Shown here: positions 10,420-18,957 of the stretch, one piece after another
Layout of the letters: every line of letters starts with the position of its first letter
Numbering within the stretch: position 1 is the stretch's first letter
Assembly (NCBI GenBank): GCA_045047305.1
Contig: JASFYO010000021.1
Span: 1-64,000, forward strand
DNA: 64,000 bases
Reading direction: 5' to 3'
From: Planctomycetota bacterium
GTDB lineage: Bacteria; Planctomycetota; UBA1135
The notes under the pieces: model-generated
What the model was told of the DNA's origin: nothing
What the model saw: only the letters and a program-made list of their open reading frames with translations
Databases searched by the model: none
Made by a program: the position numbers and the translations under genes

Positions 10420-10446
10420 GGAACTTCGTCAAGTAGACGAAGTTCC
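10420..10446. repeat. Perfect 11-bp inverted repeat upstream of recA (possible operator or hairpin)
   Basis: GGAACTTCGTC-aagta-GACGAAGTTCC; no U-tract follows on the recA strand. Confidence 0.7.
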
Positions 10447-10471
10447 TCTCCATTCGGCACTTTGAGTTTTC

Positions 10472-11371
10472 TCAGGAGAACCGCAGAAACTCGCGCAATT
10501 CGTTGTAGCGGTCCTGGATCACGGTGCGATTGGCGGATTCGAGGCCTGCGGTGGAAAAAGCTTCTACCGTAACCGAGGCGCAGACGGTCCCATACGCCAT
10601 AGCTCGGCGTAGAGAATCCATGCTGAAGTCATTGGCCTCAGCCAAGGCGCCCATCAAACCGCCGGCAAAGCTGTCACCAGCTCCCGTGGGATCCACCACA
10701 TTTTCTACAGGATAGGCGGGTAAGCCGAAGCGCCCGTCTGGGGTGAAAAGGAAAGCGCCATGTTCACCCTTTTTAATGATGATGACATCCGGCCCCATCT
10801 TTTGCAGTGCGGCACCAGCACGCAATAGGTTGTGTTCACCTGTCAACATGCGTGCTTCCCCTTCGTTGAGTACCAAGCCATAAACTAAGTCGAGCAAGCG
10901 GTGTAAGGTTTCCCGTTCGTTTTCAATCCACAGGTTCATGGTGTCGGCAAAAGCAATGGCCTGCGGGAAGGATTGCAGGATTTCAAGTTGCGTGACCGGC
11001 GCCATGTTGGCGAGGAATAAATACTTAGAATCACGATAGGACTCTGGAACCAATGGTTGCTCAATCAGCACGTTGAGGTCCGTTTTAAGGGTTTCCGCTT
11101 CGTTCATAGCACCTTCGTAACGGCCACTCCAACGGAAGGTTGGTTTGTCGTCGAAGGTTTGAAGACCAGCAAAATCAGTGCCGCGTTCACGTAAGGTATC
11201 CCAGGCTTTGCTGGGGAAGTCTCCCCCCACGTTGGCGGCGAGGCGTACGTCGGTGAATAAGGAGGCGGCAAGGGAAAAGTAAACTGCAGAACCTCCGACT
11301 ACCCCTTCCACAGAAGCATCGGGGGTGATGATGTCATCGAGGCCAACGGAACCAAAAACGGCGAGACTCAT
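10472..11371 (-). CDS. PfkB-family carbohydrate kinase
   Basis: GGSAVY near the N-terminus, DTMNLWI, KKGEHGA, VVDPTGAGDSFAGG signature. Confidence 0.92.
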   Translation of the reverse strand: MSLAVFGSVGLDDIITPDASVEGVVGGSAVYFSLAASLFTDVRLAANVGGDFPSKAWDTLRERGTDFAGLQTFDDKPTFRWSGRYEGAMNEAETLKTDLNVLIEQPLVPESYRDSKYLFLANMAPVTQLEILQSFPQAIAFADTMNLWIENERETLHRLLDLVYGLVLNEGEARMLTGEHNLLRAGAALQKMGPDVIIIKKGEHGAFLFTPDGRFGLPAYPVENVVDPTGAGDSFAGGLMGALAEANDFSMDSLRRAMAYGTVCASVTVEAFSTAGLESANRTVIQDRYNELREFLRFS

Positions 11372-12516
11372 GATTTCTTATCTTGGATCGAAATGCCCTG
11401 ACGTCGTTCTTTGGAAGTAGCCCAAATCAGGCCACCAATGAGACCGAATCCAACCTGCGACGTCAGGCGGAACAGAACAGAAACGGCAACTCCTAGAGTA
11501 AAGGAAGAACCGAAGCTGTGGAAAAAGGTGCCAAAGAGGGTTTCTCCGACGCCCCAACCAGCGGGTGCAAGTGGCAGAGCGGAAACCGTCTGCACCACGG
11601 GGAAGATAACAAAATCTTCCATTAAGGTCAGGCTGGAGCCCAACGCCACGCCAATGGCCCAAAAGCACAGGATGCCGCAGATCTGGAGTGGAAAAGAAAT
11701 CAGCAGTGCGCGAATTACTGTGCCAGTATGGGCGCGATAAATGGTAACGGCATCATCTAATTTTTGAATCAATCCCTGCGCTGGGAGTTTGCTCAAAAAC
11801 CAATCCACTCCAAGGCGTTTCCGGGCGCGCCGAGAAAGGTAAACGGCGGATCCGAGGATGGCACAAAAGAGGAGCAGGTAAACCACTCCGGTCACCATGC
11901 GTAAGCCATGGACTTCGGAAATCCGATGTTCCGCCCAAAAAACACTCAGCACCGTTCCAGCAATGACCATGAGCGCAAATAACCCAATCAGGCGGTCGAC
12001 AATTACTGAAATTGCAGCGCGCATACGGTTGTTTTCGACGCTGCGAGAAACCATAACTGCCCGAATCAAATCTCCACCAGTAGCACCAAGCATAACGTTA
12101 TTGAAGAAGTAGCCAATAATGGTCAAGCGAAACGATTGGCTAAAGGTAACCGGGACACCTGCGGCTTTCAGCAACATGCACCAGCGGAAAGCGCCAAACA
12201 GTAATAGGCAAGCCCAAAGCGCAACGGCAAGCAGGTACCAGCCCAGCTCGAGACTGCCCATGGCGGTAAAAAATCCAGGCTGAAGAACGTAAGGATCGTG
12301 GGCTGTCCCCGAGTAGCTCTCTCCATCATCGGCGATAAAGGTCCATCTTTCTGCACGCCAATCGTCCTGATAGGCACCGTATATAGAGATTGGTGCTTCC
12401 GCATCCGAGGCGCCGGGGATTTGTAGGCGGTCGCGGGTTTCAATTTGGTTAATGACAAACCAAATCAGCAAGCCTGCAAGGCCAAGCTTGACTACGGTTA
12501 AGAGGATGTTCTTCAA
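11368..12516 (-). CDS. Lysylphosphatidylglycerol-synthase TM / flippase-like membrane protein (UPF0104-like)
   Basis: RWxxLL, GYFFNNVMLGATGGDLIRA, VDRLIGL, PLAPAGWGVGE; multiple TM helices. Confidence 0.85.
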   Translation of the reverse strand: MKNILLTVVKLGLAGLLIWFVINQIETRDRLQIPGASDAEAPISIYGAYQDDWRAERWTFIADDGESYSGTAHDPYVLQPGFFTAMGSLELGWYLLAVALWACLLLFGAFRWCMLLKAAGVPVTFSQSFRLTIIGYFFNNVMLGATGGDLIRAVMVSRSVENNRMRAAISVIVDRLIGLFALMVIAGTVLSVFWAEHRISEVHGLRMVTGVVYLLLFCAILGSAVYLSRRARKRLGVDWFLSKLPAQGLIQKLDDAVTIYRAHTGTVIRALLISFPLQICGILCFWAIGVALGSSLTLMEDFVIFPVVQTVSALPLAPAGWGVGETLFGTFFHSFGSSFTLGVAVSVLFRLTSQVGFGLIGGLIWATSKERRQGISIQDKKS

Positions 12517-12525
12517 TGTGAAAAA

Positions 12526-13272
12526 CTAATTCCCTACCGCTTTAGTGGAGCGCGACTGCAACAAGTTATACCAATGTTCACAAATCTCAGCGACTTCAGG
12601 CTTAGGGTCCCGGCTACCTTCTTCCAATCCTTGGAGAATGATTTTAAGAGCTACAGAAAACACCATTTCATCGCCTTGGCCGGAAGTGAAAGCAAACTGA
12701 TTTGCGGAGCGTCCAAGTGCAGTCAGAATACGAATTCCAGTAATGGTGTCTGGAATGGCTGCGGCATGTAGTTGCTCCAAAGCCATTTGGAACTCCGTCG
12801 AAGAGGAGGCTTGATCGAGAGCTCTTACTGCGCTCATCAAGTCTGTGTCAGGAACGCTCGCAAGAATGCGTGCGTTTTCATGCAGAATCCAGTTTCCAGC
12901 AAGGTTGGAAAGAATCTTAGCGGCTTCTACACGCGCAGCCGAGTGCTCATCATGCGCCAGCTCTACCAGCAACCAGGAACTGACTTCCAGTGAGCGAGCA
13001 GGGTCGGAGACATCGACCTGGGCAATCCGGGAGAGAATCGCCAACTCTAGGGATTTGTGATTAGCTACTAGATAGGAGCCAGGTTCATCGGCCGCTGCAG
13101 AGACATCGCCCATGTAATTGGCGGGCGAAGTTGTCATTTCCGCAGGACTCATCGGCTGCCAATCCGTTTGAGTATGGATGGCGGCAAGGTCATGAACGGC
13201 GTCCATGGTTGGGATTGCACACGAAGTGCAGAAACCAAGGGCAAGGGTTATGGCGAGAAGTCGGGGCAGCAT
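12526..13272 (-). CDS. Hypothetical lipoprotein, helical (HEAT-like)
   Basis: Signal peptide with lipobox-like LGFCTSC; AGGAG RBS; ARVEAAKIL and DPKPEVAE helical motifs. Confidence 0.7.
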   Translation of the reverse strand: MLPRLLAITLALGFCTSCAIPTMDAVHDLAAIHTQTDWQPMSPAEMTTSPANYMGDVSAAADEPGSYLVANHKSLELAILSRIAQVDVSDPARSLEVSSWLLVELAHDEHSAARVEAAKILSNLAGNWILHENARILASVPDTDLMSAVRALDQASSSTEFQMALEQLHAAAIPDTITGIRILTALGRSANQFAFTSGQGDEMVFSVALKIILQGLEEGSRDPKPEVAEICEHWYNLLQSRSTKAVGN

Positions 13273-13339
13273 GGGATTCTCCTAAGCCCAAATCCTAGTG
13301 GATTGCCCCCCTCCATTCCACTGAATGGGGCTTGCAAAA

Positions 13340-13689
13340 TGGTGGAGGCGGCGGGAATCGAACCCGCGTCCTGAGAAGGCCAAACAGAAGCTTCTACGTG
13401 CGTAGTCCATTATTGAATCTCATCCCCTTAGCTGCCAACGGACAGGTGGCTTAGGCGACCAGCTCCTTGAATTTCGCTTCCCTTTCCCGAGCCAGGATTA
13501 GGTTACTAGCCCGCGATCAATCATCCGACAAGCCCAGCGGGCGAAGGCAAGTCGAATGTCACTGACTAAGCAGCGAGTTTGAAGTTATTGTTGGCAGTTA
13601 AGCCTTTGCGGAAGGTTTTACGAGGCCATCTCCGCAACCTCGGCACGCCACTCAAGCCAGGAAACTTCCAGTCGAAACCGATCGCCCCC
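13340..13689 (-). ncRNA. ssrA: Transfer-messenger RNA
   Basis: 5' GGGGGCGATCGGTTTCGAC; 3' GGACGCGGGTTCGATTCCCGCCGCCTCCACCA; acceptor stem with G3:U pair; tag frame; adjacent to smpB. Confidence 0.96.
13566..13595 (-). other. tmRNA proteolysis tag reading frame (A)ANNNFKLAA*
   Basis: ...TAACT GCC AAC AAT AAC TTC AAA CTC GCT GCT TAG; typical resume context and LAA C-terminus. Confidence 0.9.
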
Positions 13690-13706
13690 ACTCGTGTTGC
13701 GCAGTC

Positions 13707-13715
13707 ATTCTAGCA
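13707..13715 (-). promoter_or_regulatory. Extended -10 promoter candidate for ssrA
   Basis: TGcTAGAAT, 17 nt upstream of the mature tmRNA 5' end. Confidence 0.5.
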
Positions 13716-13738
13716 CACAACAACTTAGTAGGAGCCTA

Positions 13739-14206
13739 TTAGCCGCCCTTAGTCGCGCGGCGCACATCGCGTTGGGCATCGCGATCTTTGACCACTTGGC
13801 GTTTGTCGTGAAGATTGCGTCCACGTCCAAGGGCAATCTCCACCTTGGCGTTTTTGCCAGAAAAATAGATGCGCAGCGGAATCAAGGTGAGGCCCTTTTC
13901 ACGGACCCGTTGCAAAAGCTTGGTCGATTCCACCTTATGCACCAATAAGCGACGCGAACGCAGAGGTTCGTGATTGTGCACATTTCCATTGGAGTATTCG
14001 CCAAAGTGGGCACTCTCCAGCCACAATCCATCTGATTTCGGCTTCACGTAGGACTCGGCCAGACTGACTCGACCGGCACGTAAGGATTTGACCTCGGTAC
14101 CCAGCAGTGAAATCCCCGCTTCAAGGGTCTCAATGATTTCGTATTCCCGCTTGGCTTTGCGGTTCACGACGGCTTCAAACTCGGTTGGTTTCTTTTTTCC
14201 GGACAT
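13739..14206 (-). CDS. smpB: SsrA-binding protein
   Basis: NRKAKREY, EAGISLLGTEVKSLR, HEPLRSRRLL, GLTLIPL, HDKR tail. Confidence 0.97.
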   Translation of the reverse strand: MSGKKKPTEFEAVVNRKAKREYEIIETLEAGISLLGTEVKSLRAGRVSLAESYVKPKSDGLWLESAHFGEYSNGNVHNHEPLRSRRLLVHKVESTKLLQRVREKGLTLIPLRIYFSGKNAKVEIALGRGRNLHDKRQVVKDRDAQRDVRRATKGG

Positions 14207-14265
14207 CTTGGTGCTTGCTTCCTTCGCGGGTGGCGATATCTTATGCCCGCCGTAGAAACCAGCTT

Positions 14266-14353
14266 GCCGAGGTGGCGGAATTGGCAGACGCGCAGGCTTC
14301 AGGTGCCTGTGTCCTTTACGGACGTGGGGGTTCGAATCCCCCTCTCGGCACCA
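14266..14353 (+). tRNA. tRNA-Leu(CAG)
   Basis: GCCGAGG...CAGGC-TT-CAG-GT-GCCTG, long variable arm, GGTTCGAATCC, encoded CCA. Confidence 0.96.
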
Positions 14354-14390
14354 CCTATTATAATAGGTCGGTTCTTACAACAAGATAGAC

Positions 14391-14468
14391 AGGGTAGTAG
14401 CTCCAATTGGTTAGAGCGTCGCATTCCAAATGCGAATGTTGAGGGTTCGAGTCCTTCCTACCCTGCCA
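14391..14468 (+). tRNA. tRNA-Trp(CCA)
   Basis: AGGGTAG/CTACCCT acceptor, TCGCA-TT-CCA-AA-TGCGA anticodon arm, GGTTCGAGTCC, G discriminator plus CCA. Confidence 0.96.
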
Positions 14469-14478
14469 TCTCGTCCCC

Positions 14479-15180
14479 ATGGCTTTTCCTGGAATTCCCA
14501 ATCCACAGGAAGCGGGCATCCCCGCCCCACCTGAAGAAGCGACCGAATTGCTACGTGCTGCCCTAAAGCCGTTAGTCGATCCGGTCGCTGCGTCGCTGCA
14601 TGCCATCCTGGAATATGGCCGCCTGCTCATGGCTGCCAATACGGTGACCAATTTAACGGGGGCCAAGGATTGGACGACGCTCATCGAGGCACATATTTTG
14701 GATTGCGTGTTGGCGGCTAGGTATCTACCGAAAGAAGCGACAACCCTCTTTGATTGGGGCTGTGGCGGTGGACTGCCTGGTTTAGTTTGGGCAGGCATTT
14801 TCCCCGAACGCCATTTTCACCTTTGTGAACGCAATCACAAGAAGGCCCATTTTCTGCTTGAGGCTGCAGCTTCCATGGAGTTTATGCATGTCGACGTCCA
14901 CGCTACCCAAGGTGAAGAAAGCATCCGTAGTGTGGATCCTCGAGCAAATCTTCTAGTGGCACGAGCAGTCGAACCGTTGCCTAAATTTTTGCGTAGGCTT
15001 TACCGCCCCACCGTGCCTCGTATTGATATTTTCCTAATGGCGGGCCCTAGCTGGGAACGGGATTGGGAACAGAATGTGGAGCTTGAGGAGAATTGGCATT
15101 TGCGTCAGGTTGACCGTTACAACCTCAGCTCGGAGCGCGGCGACCGCTTTACTTTGCAACTCCGTCGGCGTAATCGGTAA
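14479..15180 (+). CDS. rsmG: 16S rRNA m7G methyltransferase RsmG (GidB)
   Basis: NLTG, HILDC, DWGCGGGLPG SAM motif, ERNHKKAHFL, VARAV. Confidence 0.9.
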   Translation: MAFPGIPNPQEAGIPAPPEEATELLRAALKPLVDPVAASLHAILEYGRLLMAANTVTNLTGAKDWTTLIEAHILDCVLAARYLPKEATTLFDWGCGGGLPGLVWAGIFPERHFHLCERNHKKAHFLLEAAASMEFMHVDVHATQGEESIRSVDPRANLLVARAVEPLPKFLRRLYRPTVPRIDIFLMAGPSWERDWEQNVELEENWHLRQVDRYNLSSERGDRFTLQLRRRNR

Positions 15181-16394
15181 TGGCATCGCCACCGAAAGCA
15201 GAGCGTTATAAGTTGCCATTTCCACGGCGCTATTTAGATCGCCGGGCAGTGACGATTGTGCGCCAATTGCAAGATGCTGGCTTCGAAAGCTACTTGGTTG
15301 GAGGCTGCGTGCGTGATCTGTTGTTAGGTTCTCAACCGAAAGACTTTGATATTGCAACTGCAGCGCGCCCCCATCAAGTGCGCCGACTGTTCCGCCGCTC
15401 TCGCATCATTGGTCGGCGTTTCAAAATTGTGCATGTGCACATGGGCCGTGACTTTTATGAAGTGGCCACTTTCCGTGCTGCGCCAGAAGAAACGGAAACG
15501 GAGGAAGTCGAAACCATCAAGCGCGATAATGAGTATGGTCCTTCCTGGGAAGATGCCAACCGTCGTGATTTCACGGTTAATGGATTGTTTTTGGATCCAG
15601 TGGCTGAAGAAATCGTCGACTGGGTCGATGGTATGCGCGATATTGAGGCTGGGGTCTTGCACACGATTGGTGATCCTGAGGTGCGCTTCCCAGAAGACCC
15701 GGTGCGCATACTTCGCCTGATTAAATTCATGCGTCGACTCGATTTAAGCCCGGGCGATGCCGAGATTCGGGCGGCTAAGAATCACGTGGAGCGCTTGTCG
15801 GAATCGGCACCAGCACGTTTGGCCGAGGAAGTTTTCCGCTTACTGGCTACGCGCCAGGCCGCCGGGGTTTGGGATGATGTCCAGGCTTTAGGTTTAGAAA
15901 AGTTTTTGATCCCGGAATTGCACGGTTGGCTTCAGCAAGACGCAGCGCATGGAAAAGAATTGGCCAAACGTTTTGAAGCTCTGGACCAAATGGCAGCGGA
16001 AGGTTTTGAAACCGACTACGCCTTTTCCTTAGCGGTTCTCTTTGGCCCATGGGTGGAACAAGAATTCGACCCCGCATGCAGAACTTTGCGGGTCAATGAA
16101 TTCTCTCAAGTGGCGTCCGCGCTCACTGGCGAGTTTCAACAACGAGCACGCTTGCCTCGATTCGCAGTAACTTTTGCCAACCGTATTCTTGCTGCGCAGC
16201 TTCGTTTGGATCCGCCAGAGTTTTTAGGTTCTACCGGACAACGGCGGTGGAATTTCAAAAGCATGGCTGGGCAAGAGTGGTTTCCTCAAGCCATGGATTA
16301 CTTGAAACTCCGCCTAATTGCTTCCGGCCGGGATTTGAAGATTTACGAAGATTGGCGCGAGAAAGACCTTTCCCTCAAGCGGAAAGACAGTTAA
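15180..16394 (+). CDS. pcnB: Poly(A) polymerase I
   Basis: YLVGGCVRDLLLG, PKDFDIAT, the PAP-specific IIGRRFKIVHV motif, RRDFTVN, EDPVRILR. Confidence 0.88.
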   Translation: MASPPKAERYKLPFPRRYLDRRAVTIVRQLQDAGFESYLVGGCVRDLLLGSQPKDFDIATAARPHQVRRLFRRSRIIGRRFKIVHVHMGRDFYEVATFRAAPEETETEEVETIKRDNEYGPSWEDANRRDFTVNGLFLDPVAEEIVDWVDGMRDIEAGVLHTIGDPEVRFPEDPVRILRLIKFMRRLDLSPGDAEIRAAKNHVERLSESAPARLAEEVFRLLATRQAAGVWDDVQALGLEKFLIPELHGWLQQDAAHGKELAKRFEALDQMAAEGFETDYAFSLAVLFGPWVEQEFDPACRTLRVNEFSQVASALTGEFQQRARLPRFAVTFANRILAAQLRLDPPEFLGSTGQRRWNFKSMAGQEWFPQAMDYLKLRLIASGRDLKIYEDWREKDLSLKRKDS

Positions 16395-16412
16395 ACTTTC
16401 CGCCCTTCGGTT

Positions 16413-16489
16413 GGGCGTTTAGCTCAGTTGGCTAGAGCACCTGAATGACATTCAGGGGGTCACAGGTTCAAGCCCTGTAATGCCCACCA
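16413..16489 (+). tRNA. tRNA-Val(GAC)
   Basis: GGGCGTT/AATGCCC acceptor, CCTGA-AT-GAC-AT-TCAGG, GGTTCAAGCCC, A discriminator plus CCA. Confidence 0.95.
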
Positions 16490-16506
16490 TCCGAAGACCG
16501 CCAAAT

Positions 16507-18870
16507 TTATTGGCGCCACCGCAGCACAATCATCGATGCCGGAGGCAAGGTGATGTTCATACCATCATGGAATCCAGGGATAACACGGAGTTGACGCGTG
16601 AGTTGCTCCTCTTCTTCGTTGTCTGCATGAATGTCCGTTGGCACTAGCCCGGCGGCAAAGGCCGTTCCAATCACCGGGCCACTGGTGTCAATGATTACGT
16701 CTTGAGTTTGGGTTAAATCCAAGTTGAACAGAATCAGGGAACGGTTCGCGCCTTGTTGGAACGCGAAGGACTGCACTAGATGTAGGTCCACATTCGCAGA
16801 TAATCCGTTGCCTGGAGTGACACTGACAATCGGATCGGAACCGGTTTGAACGGTTTCCATCATGTTCTCGAACATCACACGGTTCGCCAAAGTGAGCCCC
16901 ATAAAGGTTGGGCGCTTCCAACCAGTATTAAGAATGTCGCGGACTAACCCCCACATGCGCAGGTACTCACCATCGTCTGCTTTTTGGGTGAAGCCGGCAT
17001 AGGTAAAGGCCAACTGGGTACGAATCCCTAGGTCGCGCAGGTAGGTCAACATGGTTAAAGGCAAGGCCAGGGCCCCGCCTTGGCCGGTAATCACATCATT
17101 ACGCAAATCGGCGGAAGCTGGGTTGTTGGCATCAACCTTATTCATGTGAAAGTTGATTTCATATACGTGAACCTTGGTGCCTTGGCCAAATGCAGCAATG
17201 TTATCTAGACTTGTGCGCATGCCTCCACCAACCGCCGTTTCTGCAGCAGGGTTGGCAAACAGGCGTTGGTAAATGTCTTCGTCGGTAGCGAAATCATCCA
17301 AAATCCGCATAAAGTATGGGCCTAAACCTATCGTGTCGTGAGCACTGGAGGATCCCTCGATATGGGTCTGCCGTGCCGCCCAGCCATGTTGGCCACCAAT
17401 GATGAGGTCATAATCTTGGGCGTTGTACTGCGGACTTGCTTTTAATAGGTTGAAGCGATCATTGGCTATTTCACCTAATCTATATCCATCGCCCAATGAT
17501 GCGCCAAAGAAAGGGTCGATGGTGGTGCCATTGGCCCAACCTTCGTTGCCGAATTCTAAATGGATGATATTGAAAACATCGTTCCATGGTTGAACTTGGC
17601 CCCGAGCTGCACGCAAATCGGCCCATGGGTGCGCTCCATCTGCCGGTCCACCTAGGTATTCCATAAGACCAAGTAAATCTTCTTCGCTCCAGGTGACAGG
17701 AATGATGTACCAAGGATCAGCGTCCAGTAAATCGCACAAGCCAAGGAATTCATGTAAACCGTAATCCCAAAGTTTCGGGATGCGATCATTTGGGCGGAAG
17801 TTCACAAAACCGGCAGCAAAGGGGTCTGATACTGCATGCGCGAGGTTATTGCCAAAATATGCGGACCAGTTACGCATGACCCCTGGCTTCAATTCCTTGA
17901 GTCCCTGCACCACTTCATCTACGAAGCCGAATGCATTTTGGTGCACACGCTCCATAACCAGGTCGTCAATAAGGACAATCTGGCCAGGGCCACCAAGGTA
18001 AAGACTGAAGGTGAGAACTGGATGAGATTCTTGGTCAGTGTAAGCACGTGGATCATCGCTGCCTGCCGCAACCGAATAGGTCTGCTCAATCAGTTGCCAT
18101 TGGGTTGTGAGTGGAAAGGTTTCTTCGATATATACAGCTTCTTGTGAGCGGTAAAGCTTAAGCCGTAAAGTGTCACCCGGTTGCGTACCTTTCGCCCATA
18201 CAGAAAATTTCCAATCGCCATCCACCAATTGAAGCTTGCCAGATTTGGTGACGAGGTTGTTCCACAAAGTATCCAGGTACCAAATTCGCGAGCCGCGCCA
18301 TAATTGAGTAGGGTCGACGGAAAGGCGCAGACATTGCACTCCTGGACTTCCAGGACGCGCATCACTAGTTTCGATTTCAGCTAGGTCGCCATCATCAGGC
18401 ATATCTGGAAGCGACATGCGCAAAAACATGACGTCGCCCGCGACTGGATCTGGGCCACTGCTGCTAAGGAGAAAATTGCCTACCCCATTGTCGTGGGTGT
18501 AATCTAATACCGTACCAATCCGGCCTTTGGAAGGACCCGAGACGATTTCAAATTCAGCCCCATTCCAGAAATCTAGCGGATGGCCAATGCCATAGGTCTC
18601 GTTGTTCCAAGCCATCTGCCAATGGTCTTGAATCCAGTGATCGCCAGTGGAACCGAGGGCGGCATGCGACACCATGGCAAAATGGCTGGATTCGAAGCCC
18701 GGGTTAGGAATAATGTTGGCGTTTAAAACCGATGCTTCCCAGGTCGTATTGTGGCCAAGGTTTACGCCAAATCGAATCACTTCATTTTGAACGACGGTAT
18801 CGCTGACCGTAATCGTTGTAGGGGTTTGCGAAAGGCCAAAAAACGAGATAAGTAGTGTGGAAACAAACAT
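16507..18870 (-). CDS. Secreted clan GH-A glycoside hydrolase (GH51/arabinofuranosidase-like) with CBM-like insert
   Basis: NPGFES, LKELKPGVMR, YGLHEFLGLC, LEFGNEGW (acid/base), VHVYEIN (nucleophile), C-terminal TLPPASM beta-sandwich; start moved to ATG 18870 to avoid overlapping HtrA. Confidence 0.7.
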   Translation of the reverse strand: MFVSTLLISFFGLSQTPTTITVSDTVVQNEVIRFGVNLGHNTTWEASVLNANIIPNPGFESSHFAMVSHAALGSTGDHWIQDHWQMAWNNETYGIGHPLDFWNGAEFEIVSGPSKGRIGTVLDYTHDNGVGNFLLSSSGPDPVAGDVMFLRMSLPDMPDDGDLAEIETSDARPGSPGVQCLRLSVDPTQLWRGSRIWYLDTLWNNLVTKSGKLQLVDGDWKFSVWAKGTQPGDTLRLKLYRSQEAVYIEETFPLTTQWQLIEQTYSVAAGSDDPRAYTDQESHPVLTFSLYLGGPGQIVLIDDLVMERVHQNAFGFVDEVVQGLKELKPGVMRNWSAYFGNNLAHAVSDPFAAGFVNFRPNDRIPKLWDYGLHEFLGLCDLLDADPWYIIPVTWSEEDLLGLMEYLGGPADGAHPWADLRAARGQVQPWNDVFNIIHLEFGNEGWANGTTIDPFFGASLGDGYRLGEIANDRFNLLKASPQYNAQDYDLIIGGQHGWAARQTHIEGSSSAHDTIGLGPYFMRILDDFATDEDIYQRLFANPAAETAVGGGMRTSLDNIAAFGQGTKVHVYEINFHMNKVDANNPASADLRNDVITGQGGALALPLTMLTYLRDLGIRTQLAFTYAGFTQKADDGEYLRMWGLVRDILNTGWKRPTFMGLTLANRVMFENMMETVQTGSDPIVSVTPGNGLSANVDLHLVQSFAFQQGANRSLILFNLDLTQTQDVIIDTSGPVIGTAFAAGLVPTDIHADNEEEEQLTRQLRVIPGFHDGMNITLPPASMIVLRWRQ

Positions 18871-18957
18871 GGCAATGCGTAATCCTAACGCGTCGAGTGG
18901 AACTAGGAGCGGATTCCTTGTTAACGGGGGCCCACTCAGAGCGTACATTGTGGAGGA

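Noticed and set aside
6531..14206. alaS lying near ssrA-smpB (AlaRS charges tmRNA)
   Set aside because: Separated by four unrelated genes; probably coincidental.
13168..14798. Short ORFs overlapping ssrA and the tRNAs (e.g. 13168-13374, 14185-14388, 14243-14566)
   Set aside because: Shadow frames of structural RNA genes.
16413..18950. Possible genomic island integrated at tRNA-Val (or at tmRNA/tRNA-Leu/Trp)
   Set aside because: No integrase, no visible duplicated tRNA 3' end, no obvious compositional shift; the flanking genes are housekeeping.
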